This document shows positions 1 to 9,861 of a DNA stretch of 28,573 nucleotides, in pieces. The translations under genes were made by a program, and so were the position numbers. The notes under the pieces are model-generated. The model worked only from the letters and a program-made list of their open reading frames with translations. It was not told the DNA's origin and ran no database searches. Within the stretch, counting starts at the first letter, position 1. Each line of letters begins with the position of its first letter. The DNA comes from a virus (Duplodnaviria > Caudoviricetes): IMG/VR virus record IMGVR_UViG_3300032373_001175, positions 1 to 28,573 of that record, one strand, 5' to 3'.

Positions 1-267
1 ATGAGCAAGCGAACTCCTAGAGGAAAAACACCTTCATTAATTGGTGGTAGCAATGGCAAACCGTCAAGAATAAGTATTCAGCGGGGTTGCAAATGCTATC
101 GCTGTGAAGATAGCTTAAAAAATGGCACAGAATGCATTGAAATTCCCCAATTGGGCGGCAGTTTCACCAACAAACGTCGTGTTTGTTTTGAATGCTACGA
201 GAAAATACTGAAGCAATCGCAAGATGATCTCGACTCTTTGAAAGAGCTGCTTCCAGTCATTGATTAA
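1..267 (+). CDS. Small hypothetical protein with two CxxC pairs (putative zinc-binding); accessory gene
   Basis: 88 aa ORF with CYRC and CFEC motifs. It is AT-richer than the adjacent phage genes and converges on the lysozyme stop with a 3 nt gap. Confidence 0.65.
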   Translation: MSKRTPRGKTPSLIGGSNGKPSRISIQRGCKCYRCEDSLKNGTECIEIPQLGGSFTNKRRVCFECYEKILKQSQDDLDSLKELLPVID

Positions 268-270
268 ATA

Positions 271-711
271 TCAGTTCATATACAGCTCGGCCTCCGCCTC
301 ACGGCGACGCATTAGGCCACGCAAACGTCTGCCACCAGCCCACACCCAACGCATTAGCTGCTCCGGCACCTCGTGATGCTCCTCGCGGTTAACCTTGCGG
401 CGCAGGGTCGAGCGCTGCAGCGCACCGCCACCAAGGTTGAAGGTAAACGACACCAGCGCATCAAATTTCCCATCATCCAGCGGCACGCTAATCAGCCGCA
501 GCACCGATCGTTCTGCCGACCATACATCCTTTGCCAGCAACGCCTGCGCCGCAGGCTCGGTGATGCCATTCTCAAACATCTTATGCTCGCCGGGACGAAT
601 CAAATGGCCATAGCCAATGGTAGGCAACCCGGCGGCATCCAGATATATTTCTGGCTCAAACCCCTCAAAGTGCTTAATCAGATTCAAGCCCTCTTTTGTG
701 ATATGTCTCAT
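271..711 (-). CDS. Phage endolysin, GH24 lysozyme
   Basis: LIKHFEG...YLDAAGLPTIGYGH gives the E-x8-D-x5-T catalytic triad. It also has FDALVSFTFNLG and GLMRRREAE, and no N-terminal SAR or signal segment. Confidence 0.95.
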   Translation of the reverse strand: MRHITKEGLNLIKHFEGFEPEIYLDAAGLPTIGYGHLIRPGEHKMFENGITEPAAQALLAKDVWSAERSVLRLISVPLDDGKFDALVSFTFNLGGGALQRSTLRRKVNREEHHEVPEQLMRWVWAGGRRLRGLMRRREAEAELYMN

Positions 712-1157
712 TTTCCACTCCGCACCTTAGCCATTGCACGTTGACCGAAATAGAAGCTGATAATGCCAGCGAAAATAGCCTGGTCTTCTACCGACCATAG
801 GGTGGCCATGTGCCACGGCAGCGGATTGCTGATATCGACCATCGCAAATTGCATGCATTTAACGGTGAAATAGAGCAGGAAAAACGCATACGCCAGCACC
901 GGGCGAACGGTGCCATTGAGCGCATCCACCCATTTAATGCCGGAGTAGAAGGTTTTATACAGCGCCTTGCTCTCGGCGATATCCGCCTGCGTATGGATTT
1001 CCTCCAAGCGCTGCGCATGGCCTTGCGCCTGTTGCTCCAACTGCATTTGCAAAATCGTCAGCTCATGCTTTCGATCCTGATGGTCGCGGAATAATTTTAA
1101 GAAATCGGGAAAGGCAGCGCCTAAAAACCCGATTAGTGATCCAAGTAGTGTTATCAT
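708..1157 (-). CDS. Holin-like membrane protein (149 aa from ATG 1157)
   Basis: The start is re-called at MITLLGSLIGFLG, which overlaps the upstream stop as TAATG and has GGAGG upstream. It has hydrophobic segments, VRPVLAYAFF and FYFGQR motifs typical of phage holin-like proteins, and an ATGA overlap with the lysozyme. Confidence 0.7.
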   Translation of the reverse strand: MITLLGSLIGFLGAAFPDFLKLFRDHQDRKHELTILQMQLEQQAQGHAQRLEEIHTQADIAESKALYKTFYSGIKWVDALNGTVRPVLAYAFFLLYFTVKCMQFAMVDISNPLPWHMATLWSVEDQAIFAGIISFYFGQRAMAKVRSGK

Positions 1158-1345
1158 TAGAGTCCTCCATTTATGATTGTTAATTTGATGATGATGCCGA
1201 CCAGCCCGGAGACGATCATGGTTCCCCACCACCAGATGATTCTTTCAAGTCGGGCTAAACGGCGCTCCAGCGATTTGTAGCGCTCCACGCACACGGCTAC
1301 GTGCGTGGGCAGGCTGTTGGTTTCGTCGTATTTTTTCTCTGCCAT
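1157..1345 (-). CDS. Small coiled-coil plus C-terminal TM protein (XhlA/holin-accessory-like), 62 aa
   Basis: GGAGG RBS before ATG 1345. HVAVCVERYKSLERRLARLE is followed by one hydrophobic helix. It is the first gene of the lysis cassette. Confidence 0.7.
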   Translation of the reverse strand: MAEKKYDETNSLPTHVAVCVERYKSLERRLARLERIIWWWGTMIVSGLVGIIIKLTIINGGL

Positions 1346-1358
1346 GTTTCCTCCGGGC

Positions 1359-1385
1359 ATAAAAAAACCCGCTCAAAGGCGGGTA
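1359..1385 (-). terminator. Intrinsic terminator-like hairpin
   Basis: The minus strand reads ACCCGC-CTTTGA-GCGGGT followed by a T run. Confidence 0.7.
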
Positions 1386-1408
1386 ATGTGGTTGATTGTT
1401 TTTGTTGG

Positions 1409-1546
1409 TTAGCTGGGGTCGGTGAACTTGAATAATGTGACCATAAAGAGCGTGGCAATGCCGCTGGCCAGCAGGTAATACCAGCCAATGCCCCACATGA
1501 GTAAGCCTGTCATGATGGTGCAGATAATGATAAATAATGTTTCCAT
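1409..1546 (-). CDS. 45 aa two-TM membrane peptide, unknown function
   Basis: AGGAG RBS before ATG 1546. METLFIIICTIMTGLLMWGIGWYYLLASGIATLFMVTLFKFTDPS is almost entirely hydrophobic. Confidence 0.6.
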   Translation of the reverse strand: METLFIIICTIMTGLLMWGIGWYYLLASGIATLFMVTLFKFTDPS

Positions 1547-1556
1547 ATTTTTTCTC

Positions 1557-2261
1557 CTACCAATTCCAAGGCCCACGGAAGGCCATATATTGTACGTTAA
1601 TGCGCACCACACCGCCTGTGATGCTGCCGCTATCGGGCGTGATTTCCACCGGAGTATCGCTGTAATAACTTACCGGGTGATAGGTAAGCCCAATATTGGT
1701 TGAATCCTGTCCGGTGCCGATGCCATTTCCATAGCGCGAGGTGTCGCCGGACACGCCCACACCAAAGCTGCCGACCGTTCCGGTAAGCGCCGTGATGACC
1801 CGCGTATTAACCGACAACACCGTCGAGCGATTGGGTATGTTGGCAACGCTGGTGGTCGTAGCAGACAGATCAATATCCTCCTGCCAACGCAGCACGCGTG
1901 CATACTCGCCGCTATCGCGCATAATAAGGCCAAATGGCACCCATGCGGTGCCATCCCACGCCATGCGGCTTTGCGTTTCCTGTACCACCGCATCCATCCA
2001 TTGAAACGGCATATAAAAGACCCAGCCTCCGGTGAGGTACTGTGCCAGCTTATTTTCCTGACCTACAAAATCGCCAGTGGCACTGGCACCTACAATGTAG
2101 AGATCACCCACCACCGGGCTAGAGGGGGGAGTATTAGCAATATCCGCCACCACGGGCGTAACGAACGCATCGAGGCGGTTTAACCCCTCATTATGCGTTA
2201 CCTCTTTTTGAGCCTGTGCCGTAATAATATACGGCAGGCCCAGCCTTCCGGTCTGGGACAT
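1557..2261 (-). CDS. DUF2793-domain tail fibre/tail-associated protein
   Basis: N-terminal LGLPYI..AQAQKEVTHNEGL..LD and PP..P..GD.YIV...ATG motifs are typical of DUF2793. GGAG RBS before ATG 2261; it follows the megatron gene. Confidence 0.85.
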   Translation of the reverse strand: MSQTGRLGLPYIITAQAQKEVTHNEGLNRLDAFVTPVVADIANTPPSSPVVGDLYIVGASATGDFVGQENKLAQYLTGGWVFYMPFQWMDAVVQETQSRMAWDGTAWVPFGLIMRDSGEYARVLRWQEDIDLSATTTSVANIPNRSTVLSVNTRVITALTGTVGSFGVGVSGDTSRYGNGIGTGQDSTNIGLTYHPVSYYSDTPVEITPDSGSITGGVVRINVQYMAFRGPWNW

Positions 2262-2286
2262 AATATTCTCCAATTAAGTGTTTACG

Positions 2287-5200
2287 TTATAAAGTGGCCG
2301 TAGCCGCATAGCCTCGGCCCACCACGGCAGAGAGCTGGTAGAGTTTGATATCGATAGCGCTTTGCGCTGAACCGAAATCTGTTACCTGATCGGCAGCGCT
2401 ATAGCTGGCCACCGGGTTGGTCACCTCAATGGTGCGCACCACATCCGAGCCATCCAGTACATCGAGTTGGTAACGCTCCGATTCTTCGCCCAGTGGAATA
2501 TCCACGCCATCACGCCATTCGGCATCCACACGCGACCTTCGAATCCAGCTTACGCTTAGATTGCCAGAGCCATCACGTACGCCAGCCACATGCACCGGGG
2601 CATACGGCCTCAAATTGCGCCCGGTATAGGTAAATGGCACCTCATCGGTATTGCCGAGGCTATTGCCCACGCTCACCGCCTTGTAGTACAGCTCGCGCCC
2701 GATCGAATTATTAGCGATCGTGGTGGTGTAAAGCGCCGGGCTAATCAGCACAAATGGCTCGCCGGAGACATGCTCCATCGCCCATTCGGTGCCTTGCCTG
2801 CCGCGCAACAGCCGAGATAGCTTGTAGGTTTTCTCACCAATCAGCTGCGCATTTTGAAACTGCACCAGCTCATTGCCAATCAATGCGGCATTAGCACCAT
2901 TAAACACACCCAGCTCGCTTACGGAGGCTAAAGAGCCAGAGGTTAAAATCACCTCCACCTCGTGGATATCATCCCACGCCTCATACGGGCCTGCAGGTAG
3001 CGCCGTGGTCAGCGCACCAAAAGTGGCTGCGCCATCCATCCCGGCAAGCAAAGTGAAGGTGTTGCCACCAGCCTCGCCACCATCATCGGAGCGATATATA
3101 GCCGCACCTTGCCACCCAGCGCCATCAGCCGCCACGCCGATGCGAAGCAGCCCCTGATTTGGGACGGTATCGCTAGGTAATGGCGGTGCATCGATAAACT
3201 TTGCAATAGTATCCGGCACCAGTGTCGGCGGCTCCAATGTTGAGCTGGTCTCGCCCGGCGGGGTGTAGAAATCATAGGAGCTGATATCCTCCGCCACCGC
3301 GTTAAGCTTCATTAGTCCATTAGCCTCCATGTTAGTCTTCAGCACACGCATTTCATGCGGCACATTATTGACCGTCACGGTGATAATATCCGTAGGCTCG
3401 ATCCGCACATATTGCGGCGGTAATGTTAGCGCAAAGCTAATACGCTCCTTCCATGTGCCATAAAGCGTAATGTCAGAGATCTGCTTGGCGCGAGTAGCAC
3501 CCATGACAATCGGCAGGCTCATACTCACCTGATCCACCGCACGTACCGTTTGACGCTGCGAGGTTTGAGTAACCGGATCATAATTAAAAGGCCGATCCAA
3601 ATAGGTCACATTCACCCGTTGCGGCAGCTCCAGCTCCTGCGCGTAATTAATCTCCAGCACATCCTGCACCCCTTTCTTTTTAGAAGGGATAAGGTCATCC
3701 TCCGGCACCGCCTTGATTGATTCATTGCCACGCGGTACGCATTTCAAAATGCCATCGCTCTCGACGATATCGAAAAAGAATGCCGAGGTCAGATACTCCT
3801 GCGCACTGCGTACCGTAATCGGGCGATCCAATATAAAGCCCTCCAGCGTTTCAAGCAGGCGGGTTACATCATAATCGCTTGCGGTAAGCCCAGCATGTTG
3901 CAGCAGCTCGGCCACCACCGCACCAAGGGTAGAATTTCCCAGCTTGCCTTGCACCCAATGCCCGGTCGCCCATAAAATAGAATCCTGCCACACGCCCTCC
4001 AAATCAGGCCAAAAGGAAAATGGCCGCGCATCCCACGTCCATAGGAAACGCCGCGCCACCAGCCCGGTATTGCCAGCCTCTTGCTCACGCTCATCCAAGT
4101 AATCCAGCGTCGCATTGAGCGCCTCACGCTGCGCCTGAAAATCCACCCGGCCTTTGGAGCCACGAGGGTAAAAACTCTCCGAGCTGGTCGGATCATAAAA
4201 CACATTAGGCTGGTTAGCCGCACCATCCACGCTTGGAAAGCCGAACTCGGTAAACCACACTGGCTTCATCTTGGCAGTCCAAGCTGTGGTGTTGGTATCC
4301 GGATTGGTATGGGTATTTTTCCACCAATATTCTAGGTTTTTCCAAGCGTAGGTGGCATCACTGCCATAGCTGGTTTGGCCAGTGCGAGCGACTGAGTCGG
4401 TATAATAATAATCCCAGCCTTCGCCAGCCTCCCAATATTCCTTGATCAAATCCTCGGTAATTTGAATCTGCGGCAGATCTTCCGTCAGCGGAAAATAGCT
4501 ATCAATACCAACGAAATCGATATTCGGTGAAGCCCATAGCGGGTCGAGATTAAACCAGCCATTGGTGCTGTGATATTCAGACCAATCGGCAGCGTAGGTA
4601 ATATCGGTACCAGCGCCCATAATACCTTTGACGGTCGCCGCTAATGACACCAGCTGATTAACCGCCGGGTAGCTGCCCGGAGAGTCGGTAAATCCGGTCA
4701 TGCCAATAAGCTCCGAACCGATCACAAACGCATCCGCTTTGTTTTTCACCAAATTAGCATAATGGCTAATAAACGCATTATAGCCGTTGGTTTTGGTAAA
4801 CCAGCTATTGGCATCGGTCGCATTGGCGGGGATGATACGTCCGCGCCATGGCTTTGGTACCGGAGTGATGGTATCCACAAACACCATCGGATACAGCATC
4901 ACCTTCAAGCCTTTGCTTTTTAGGTAATCGACCAGCTGCACCACCGTATGGTCAGAAGGCGTGCCGCCATAGGTTGGTGTGTCCGCATCAAACTTCAGCA
5001 CCACCTGCGCAGCGTTTCTGCCAATGCCTGCCACACTCCAATCCTGCGGAAGCACCTGCGTCGAACCTTGAAACTCTACCTTCGGCACAATCTCGCATGC
5101 CCCGGCATCGGTGGAGGTGGCAAACCATGTCACCACAAATGCCACCCATTCAAGATTGGGCAGCACATCCATCATCTGATCAATCGCCACCAGCGCGTCA

Positions 5201-6045
5201 GCTTTGCCCTCATAATTGTGCATATTGATGAAGTTTTTATCCGCATTAGGCACAAAAATGCCGCCCTGATACGCATCAAAATAACCATCCTGCTTGGTCT
5301 GCACATCCGTGCCATAGACCATTTCACCCGCGCCGGGGATCATCACCATATCGGTGATTTTATCTTCGACCGATGGCGTAAAGCGCAGCGTGCGGCGCAC
5401 CTCAAACGTAAAGTTTGGAATGCGATTGCCATAGGCTCCCAGCGGGAAATCCTCAATCACCACATAGGCCATACCACGATAGGCAGGAATGGTGCCTGCG
5501 GTTAAATATTTGGCCATGATATCATCGACCATCTGATCCTCAGTACCGAGATGGACGTTGTATTTACCTTGGGCAGAGGACAGCACATCTTCCGTTAGCA
5601 CCTTGCTATCGGCCCAAACTCGAATTACCTCATCAATCGGCCCCTCGCATATCGCAATGGCCAGCGTAACAAAATACTCATAAGTGACACTGGTTTGGCT
5701 GGTAGTGACCGAGCCACCGCCGCCACCACCTTTACCGCCGCCGGAGCTGGTTTGGGTGCTGGTGGTTTCAACCTTTACCTCTTTTAAATCAGTCGACCAG
5801 ATGACATTGCCTGCCAAGCGCATAGTGCCATAGACCTTTGGGATCATATTACCGTAAGTGGCCGTTTGCGCACGTAAATCAGCCAGCCGTGGGCCTTCCT
5901 GCGTCGGTAGCTGCACGCGCTGCGACTTCGGAAAGAACAGCCCAGCAGCGGTGCTACCAAGGTTTGCACCCAAAATGGCACCCGAAGGGCCACCCAGCAC
6001 AAAGCCAGTGACACCACCGACGACAGGAAGAACAATATCAGCCAT
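2287..6045 (-). CDS. Baseplate multidomain protein (GTA TIM-barrel plus phage tail domain; RcGTA g15 megatron-like)
   Basis: EGPRL.DL, YG..IP.VYG..RLAGNVIW, PAYRG.AYVV.EDFPL..YGNRIP, PWRGRI, YAADWSEY, KPVWFTE.G, W.WDARPF, RLLRG.QGTE and WIRRSR motifs in a 1252 aa protein. Confidence 0.92.
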   Translation of the reverse strand: MADIVLPVVGGVTGFVLGGPSGAILGANLGSTAAGLFFPKSQRVQLPTQEGPRLADLRAQTATYGNMIPKVYGTMRLAGNVIWSTDLKEVKVETTSTQTSSGGGKGGGGGGSVTTSQTSVTYEYFVTLAIAICEGPIDEVIRVWADSKVLTEDVLSSAQGKYNVHLGTEDQMVDDIMAKYLTAGTIPAYRGMAYVVIEDFPLGAYGNRIPNFTFEVRRTLRFTPSVEDKITDMVMIPGAGEMVYGTDVQTKQDGYFDAYQGGIFVPNADKNFINMHNYEGKADALVAIDQMMDVLPNLEWVAFVVTWFATSTDAGACEIVPKVEFQGSTQVLPQDWSVAGIGRNAAQVVLKFDADTPTYGGTPSDHTVVQLVDYLKSKGLKVMLYPMVFVDTITPVPKPWRGRIIPANATDANSWFTKTNGYNAFISHYANLVKNKADAFVIGSELIGMTGFTDSPGSYPAVNQLVSLAATVKGIMGAGTDITYAADWSEYHSTNGWFNLDPLWASPNIDFVGIDSYFPLTEDLPQIQITEDLIKEYWEAGEGWDYYYTDSVARTGQTSYGSDATYAWKNLEYWWKNTHTNPDTNTTAWTAKMKPVWFTEFGFPSVDGAANQPNVFYDPTSSESFYPRGSKGRVDFQAQREALNATLDYLDEREQEAGNTGLVARRFLWTWDARPFSFWPDLEGVWQDSILWATGHWVQGKLGNSTLGAVVAELLQHAGLTASDYDVTRLLETLEGFILDRPITVRSAQEYLTSAFFFDIVESDGILKCVPRGNESIKAVPEDDLIPSKKKGVQDVLEINYAQELELPQRVNVTYLDRPFNYDPVTQTSQRQTVRAVDQVSMSLPIVMGATRAKQISDITLYGTWKERISFALTLPPQYVRIEPTDIITVTVNNVPHEMRVLKTNMEANGLMKLNAVAEDISSYDFYTPPGETSSTLEPPTLVPDTIAKFIDAPPLPSDTVPNQGLLRIGVAADGAGWQGAAIYRSDDGGEAGGNTFTLLAGMDGAATFGALTTALPAGPYEAWDDIHEVEVILTSGSLASVSELGVFNGANAALIGNELVQFQNAQLIGEKTYKLSRLLRGRQGTEWAMEHVSGEPFVLISPALYTTTIANNSIGRELYYKAVSVGNSLGNTDEVPFTYTGRNLRPYAPVHVAGVRDGSGNLSVSWIRRSRVDAEWRDGVDIPLGEESERYQLDVLDGSDVVRTIEVTNPVASYSAADQVTDFGSAQSAIDIKLYQLSAVVGRGYAATATL

Positions 6046-6046
6046 A

Positions 6047-6532
6047 TTATTTTAACGATTTCAGTTGTTTGTTTTTGAAGCGATACACATGCGTCAGCAT
6101 GCGCACCCAAGTCATAGAAAGCGGTTGCTCCACCACCTTGCCAGCGCTGGAGTTGCAATGAATCAGGCCCGGCCCACCGCTTGGATAATCGGTAAGCAGC
6201 CCCACATGCTGCGGGTCTTTGAATGTGCGAAACAGCAGCAAATCACCCACACGCATTTTATCAATCGGCACTTCCAGCAGATGCTTGGAAATGCTTCCCA
6301 CCAAGCGGCCACGCTCCGGATACATCGAATAATTAAACTCATCCGCACGCACCAGCGGGTTGCCATCACCATCCTGCATGCCCAGCTCGTCGATAATGCC
6401 GATCACCAGCCCAAGGCAATCGACACCACCATTGCCCTTAGCGCTTTTCTTAAGCCGCCCTTGGTGGTGATAGGCCGTATCCAGCCATGTACGCGCCTGC
6501 GCGGTGATCTGCTCTGGTTTGATTTTAGCCAT
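6047..6532 (-). CDS. NlpC/P60 cell-wall peptidase (RcGTA g14-like)
   Basis: AR.WL.T.YHHQG, GVDCLGL (catalytic Cys), QHVG (His) and LIH motifs. Confidence 0.9.
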   Translation of the reverse strand: MAKIKPEQITAQARTWLDTAYHHQGRLKKSAKGNGGVDCLGLVIGIIDELGMQDGDGNPLVRADEFNYSMYPERGRLVGSISKHLLEVPIDKMRVGDLLLFRTFKDPQHVGLLTDYPSGGPGLIHCNSSAGKVVEQPLSMTWVRMLTHVYRFKNKQLKSLK

Positions 6533-7388
6533 TTGGGTTTCCTTGCGTAAATGTTCCAGCCGTAGTCAGCAATTTGTCCGTTCCCGGCACATCCGGCTCA
6601 CCACGGAAATTGAGAATATTTGTAAATTTGCTCTGGCAGGTTTCGCGGGTTTTATCGCACCCGGCGATGATGTCGAAGGTATCGCCCACCTGCACCGATT
6701 TGCCCATCGCAAGCGCCAACACCACCTGCGCTGAGGCAAATTCCTTCACCTCCATGCGCCGATCATCATTATTGCCGGATGTCCACACCACCTCGCCACC
6801 TGTAAACCATCCCGCGTCTTGGGAGAGCGTGGTTGCTTTAAAGGTTTGATTATTCACCACCTCCGTCACCGTCGCTGAGACGGTAAAAGAAGCCAGCGCT
6901 ACCTTGCATTTGCTATCACCCAAGATGGCGCGGCAGGAGGGAGAGAAAACTTGCCCGATGGTTTGGCTAAGATGCTGCGTTAAGCCTCGCACCTCTGCCT
7001 GAAACATCTGGCTGTTCAGCGTGACCTCGCCAAGTCTACCACGCTTAACCACTAGCTTGCCTTGGGTCAGATCATCATAATTCACGAGGAATATCTCGAT
7101 CTCAGCATAGTCATACAGCCCGGCCAGCAGATCTTCCTCGGTAATTTTGGAAGGGAATACCTGACCTTCCACATCGAGATTATCGACCGACATATTGGAT
7201 TTGCTCTCCACCGTGGTTGGCGTAAAGCCTGCGATGGAGTCATAAAGCACGCTGTCAAAGGTGATGGGTAAGTCATGATCGGTAAATCCGACTTCCACAG
7301 CATCTTGCCGCGTAATCCGCCAGCAGGTCGCAAGTGTGGTCATGCCGCCAGCAAAATGCGCTTCTAATTGTGGAGATATGACTCTCAT
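6525..7388 (-). CDS. DUF2163/BR0599 baseplate hub protein (RcGTA g13-like)
   Basis: TTLATCWRITRQD...GFTDHD, C.A.LGD..C and GCDK...TC..KF.N..NFRGEP.VPG motifs. Confidence 0.92.
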   Translation of the reverse strand: MRVISPQLEAHFAGGMTTLATCWRITRQDAVEVGFTDHDLPITFDSVLYDSIAGFTPTTVESKSNMSVDNLDVEGQVFPSKITEEDLLAGLYDYAEIEIFLVNYDDLTQGKLVVKRGRLGEVTLNSQMFQAEVRGLTQHLSQTIGQVFSPSCRAILGDSKCKVALASFTVSATVTEVVNNQTFKATTLSQDAGWFTGGEVVWTSGNNDDRRMEVKEFASAQVVLALAMGKSVQVGDTFDIIAGCDKTRETCQSKFTNILNFRGEPDVPGTDKLLTTAGTFTQGNPNG

Positions 7389-7969
7389 ACGCGCACCTCA
7401 ATCAGCGGGATGCTGCTCCAATTACCCGCATCGAAGCTATCCATAGAAACGGCCATCTCGTCGGTATCAAATCGCACAGGCACATCAAACTCGCAGTCAA
7501 TCGTTAGCGTGCCGGAAATACTAGTGGTGATGATCCCGGTTTCGGTATCAATGCTCCAGCCGCTGGCCTGCAATATGCTATCGGCATAGAGCTTAACGCT
7601 ACCCGCCACAGGCTTGGTAAGATCACGTTCATACACCATCGCGCCGCTGACATATTGTTTGACCAGCTGGTAGTCATTGCCACCCAGTGATTTGAGCGGT
7701 TGGTTTTCAGCCTTGTAATCGCTCCAATCTTTGAAGCGAAAGCCAATCGCCCGGCCACGCCGCGCACGAAAAAAAGCAATCAGCGCCTGCCATTGTGACT
7801 CGGTTTTAATACCCGAAGCCACATTGTATTTAGCACGTGATTGCTGCCATTTACTATTGCGCTGCTCATGGCCGGATACGGTTGCCACCACATCGGTTAA
7901 GAACATCGGCCCACCTGTTGCTCCGTAAGAGATATCGGTGGGGAATTGTACTTCTTCAAAATCGGTCAT
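7385..7969 (-). CDS. DUF2460 distal tail protein (RcGTA g12-like)
   Basis: FP.DISYGA.GGP, SG.EQRN..W, FFRARRG...GFRFKDW.D and EFDVPVRFDTD motifs. Confidence 0.92.
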   Translation of the reverse strand: MTDFEEVQFPTDISYGATGGPMFLTDVVATVSGHEQRNSKWQQSRAKYNVASGIKTESQWQALIAFFRARRGRAIGFRFKDWSDYKAENQPLKSLGGNDYQLVKQYVSGAMVYERDLTKPVAGSVKLYADSILQASGWSIDTETGIITTSISGTLTIDCEFDVPVRFDTDEMAVSMDSFDAGNWSSIPLIEVRV

Positions 7970-9861
7970 AGGTTTCTCCTTGCACGATCAATCGATCGCG
8001 CCATATCAGCGGCGATCTGCGTTTGGCTTTGACGGAAGCTCTGCGCATCCGGCGTGTTGATATTCATCGTCACCGATACAGGCGACATCCCACCATTGGG
8101 TGTGATGTGCATCGGGCTATTGCCAGCAAAGGCCAGCTCCGGGCCACGCTCGCCAACCACACCAAACTGGCCGGGTTTAAGCGTGCCACCATCAGCAAAA
8201 AAGCCTCCGAAGAGGCTCCCAACGCTTGATAGAATACTGCCAAAACCACCGCCACCACCACCGCCTTTAAAGAGGCCACCGATAGAGCCAAAAATGCCCT
8301 CAATGATCCCACCCTCGCCAGTAATGCCCAAATCCTTCAGCGCAAATTGCAGCAGCTGACGATTAAGGTCAGACAGGAAGCCCTTGGCAAAATCGCCGAA
8401 ACTATCAAATCGGCCACTAATACCATCGAGCGCATCGGCCATGCTGCCTTCCATGGTTTTGCCCAAGCCCTCAAACTCGCCCTCAATCACATCACCCATT
8501 TTCTCGGATGATTTTTTCATTTTTTCCTGCGCCTGCTCCATGGCACGTCCGAAGGTTTCCTGATTGATATGGCCAGCCTTCAGCAACTTATTGAGCAGCT
8601 CCATTTCCTTGTTATAGCGCTCAAGCGGCGTGCGCGTGGCTTGGATAATGCGCTGCGCCTCACGCTGCAGCTTGGTAAACTTCTCCGTCTGCTTGTTGGT
8701 TTCCTTGGTATTTTCAGGCGTATTGGTTTCCTGAAACAAGCTATCTAGCGAGGCATTTTTCTTCTGCCGCGCCTCAACCACTTTTGCCGCAGCACCCTGA
8801 ATCTCCGCATCGATCGCTGAGTTGAATTCTTTCGCTTCCATGAGCGCCTGGTCAAACGCATTGCTCATCGAATCCAGCAGTCCGTTCTCCAGCGCAGCGC
8901 GGGTGTTTTCAAACGACACGCCGCCCAGTGGATCTTCAATAAAAGCCGCGAGGTCTTTACCCAGCGCCTCAAACCGCGCCGAGATCGTTTCCCCAAACGC
9001 AGTAAAGGCTCTGCCCACGCCCTTAAATACGGCAATGAACAGATTTCCAAATTTAATCACCTCGGCAATAATGGCCTTAAAGCCCAATTTGAACAGAGGA
9101 ATGGCAGCGGTGATTTTCTCCGCCAGCCATTTTATGGCATTGGCAATGCCCTGCAAAATATCGGTAAGTCCGGCATCCCCGATGGCCTTGACGAGCTTAG
9201 AGAAGCTATCGCCCATATTGGACAGCGCCACATTAAGCGTATCGGCTTGCTCGTCCATCGCCCCGGCAAATTGCACATTACCTATGGAACGTAAATACCG
9301 CTCTATCTCTTTGGAGTTTTTACCCACCGTGGTGCTAATGCCTTGGAAGGTGAAGGTCACCTGATCGCCTTGGGATTTGGATTTAATACCAAACTCCTTC
9401 AAGCGCTCAAACTCGCCCGTTGCCGCATCCGCCACCGCCTCGATCATTTGATTGAGGCTTTTACCCATCGCCACGGCGGTATTACCGTAAGAGGTGAGCG
9501 CATCCTGCGATGGTGTTAGCCCCAGCGCTTTGAGCTTAATAAATGCAGCCGTCACTTCTTCCAATTGGAAGGGCGTGGTTGCCGCAAATTCCTGAATAAA
9601 ACCAAAGGCCAGCGATGCCTTATCTGCAGAGCCGGTGACGGTACGAAGCGATGCCTCCAGCTTTTCAAACTTGGTAATGGTATCAACGATCTGCCGACCA
9701 ACAAACGCGGTCGCCATTAGCCCACCGATTTTGTTTAGATTGCTGCCTAGCTTCGAAAAGCGGCGATCCATATTTCCCACATTTTTATTGATCTGTGAGA
9801 AGGCTTTTTGCGTCTTATTGACCGCCCGGATCGTAAATTTTGCTTCAGCGAATCTTCCCAT
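7966..9861 (-). CDS. Tail tape measure protein (631 aa)
   Basis: N-terminal tape-measure motif FAATTPFQLEEVT..F.KL, a helical Ala/Gly-rich body, and C-terminal FADGG...VGERGPEL and TPDAQSFRQSQ. It follows the chaperones. Confidence 0.9.
   Translation of the reverse strand: MGRFAEAKFTIRAVNKTQKAFSQINKNVGNMDRRFSKLGSNLNKIGGLMATAFVGRQIVDTITKFEKLEASLRTVTGSADKASLAFGFIQEFAATTPFQLEEVTAAFIKLKALGLTPSQDALTSYGNTAVAMGKSLNQMIEAVADAATGEFERLKEFGIKSKSQGDQVTFTFQGISTTVGKNSKEIERYLRSIGNVQFAGAMDEQADTLNVALSNMGDSFSKLVKAIGDAGLTDILQGIANAIKWLAEKITAAIPLFKLGFKAIIAEVIKFGNLFIAVFKGVGRAFTAFGETISARFEALGKDLAAFIEDPLGGVSFENTRAALENGLLDSMSNAFDQALMEAKEFNSAIDAEIQGAAAKVVEARQKKNASLDSLFQETNTPENTKETNKQTEKFTKLQREAQRIIQATRTPLERYNKEMELLNKLLKAGHINQETFGRAMEQAQEKMKKSSEKMGDVIEGEFEGLGKTMEGSMADALDGISGRFDSFGDFAKGFLSDLNRQLLQFALKDLGITGEGGIIEGIFGSIGGLFKGGGGGGGFGSILSSVGSLFGGFFADGGTLKPGQFGVVGERGPELAFAGNSPMHITPNGGMSPVSVTMNINTPDAQSFRQSQTQIAADMARSIDRARRNL

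Noticed and set aside
5710-8270. CCA/CCG-rich runs near 5715-5745 and 8245-8265 as contingency repeats
   Set aside because: They are mixed glycine codons encoding Gly linkers in the megatron and tape measure, not pure slippage tracts.
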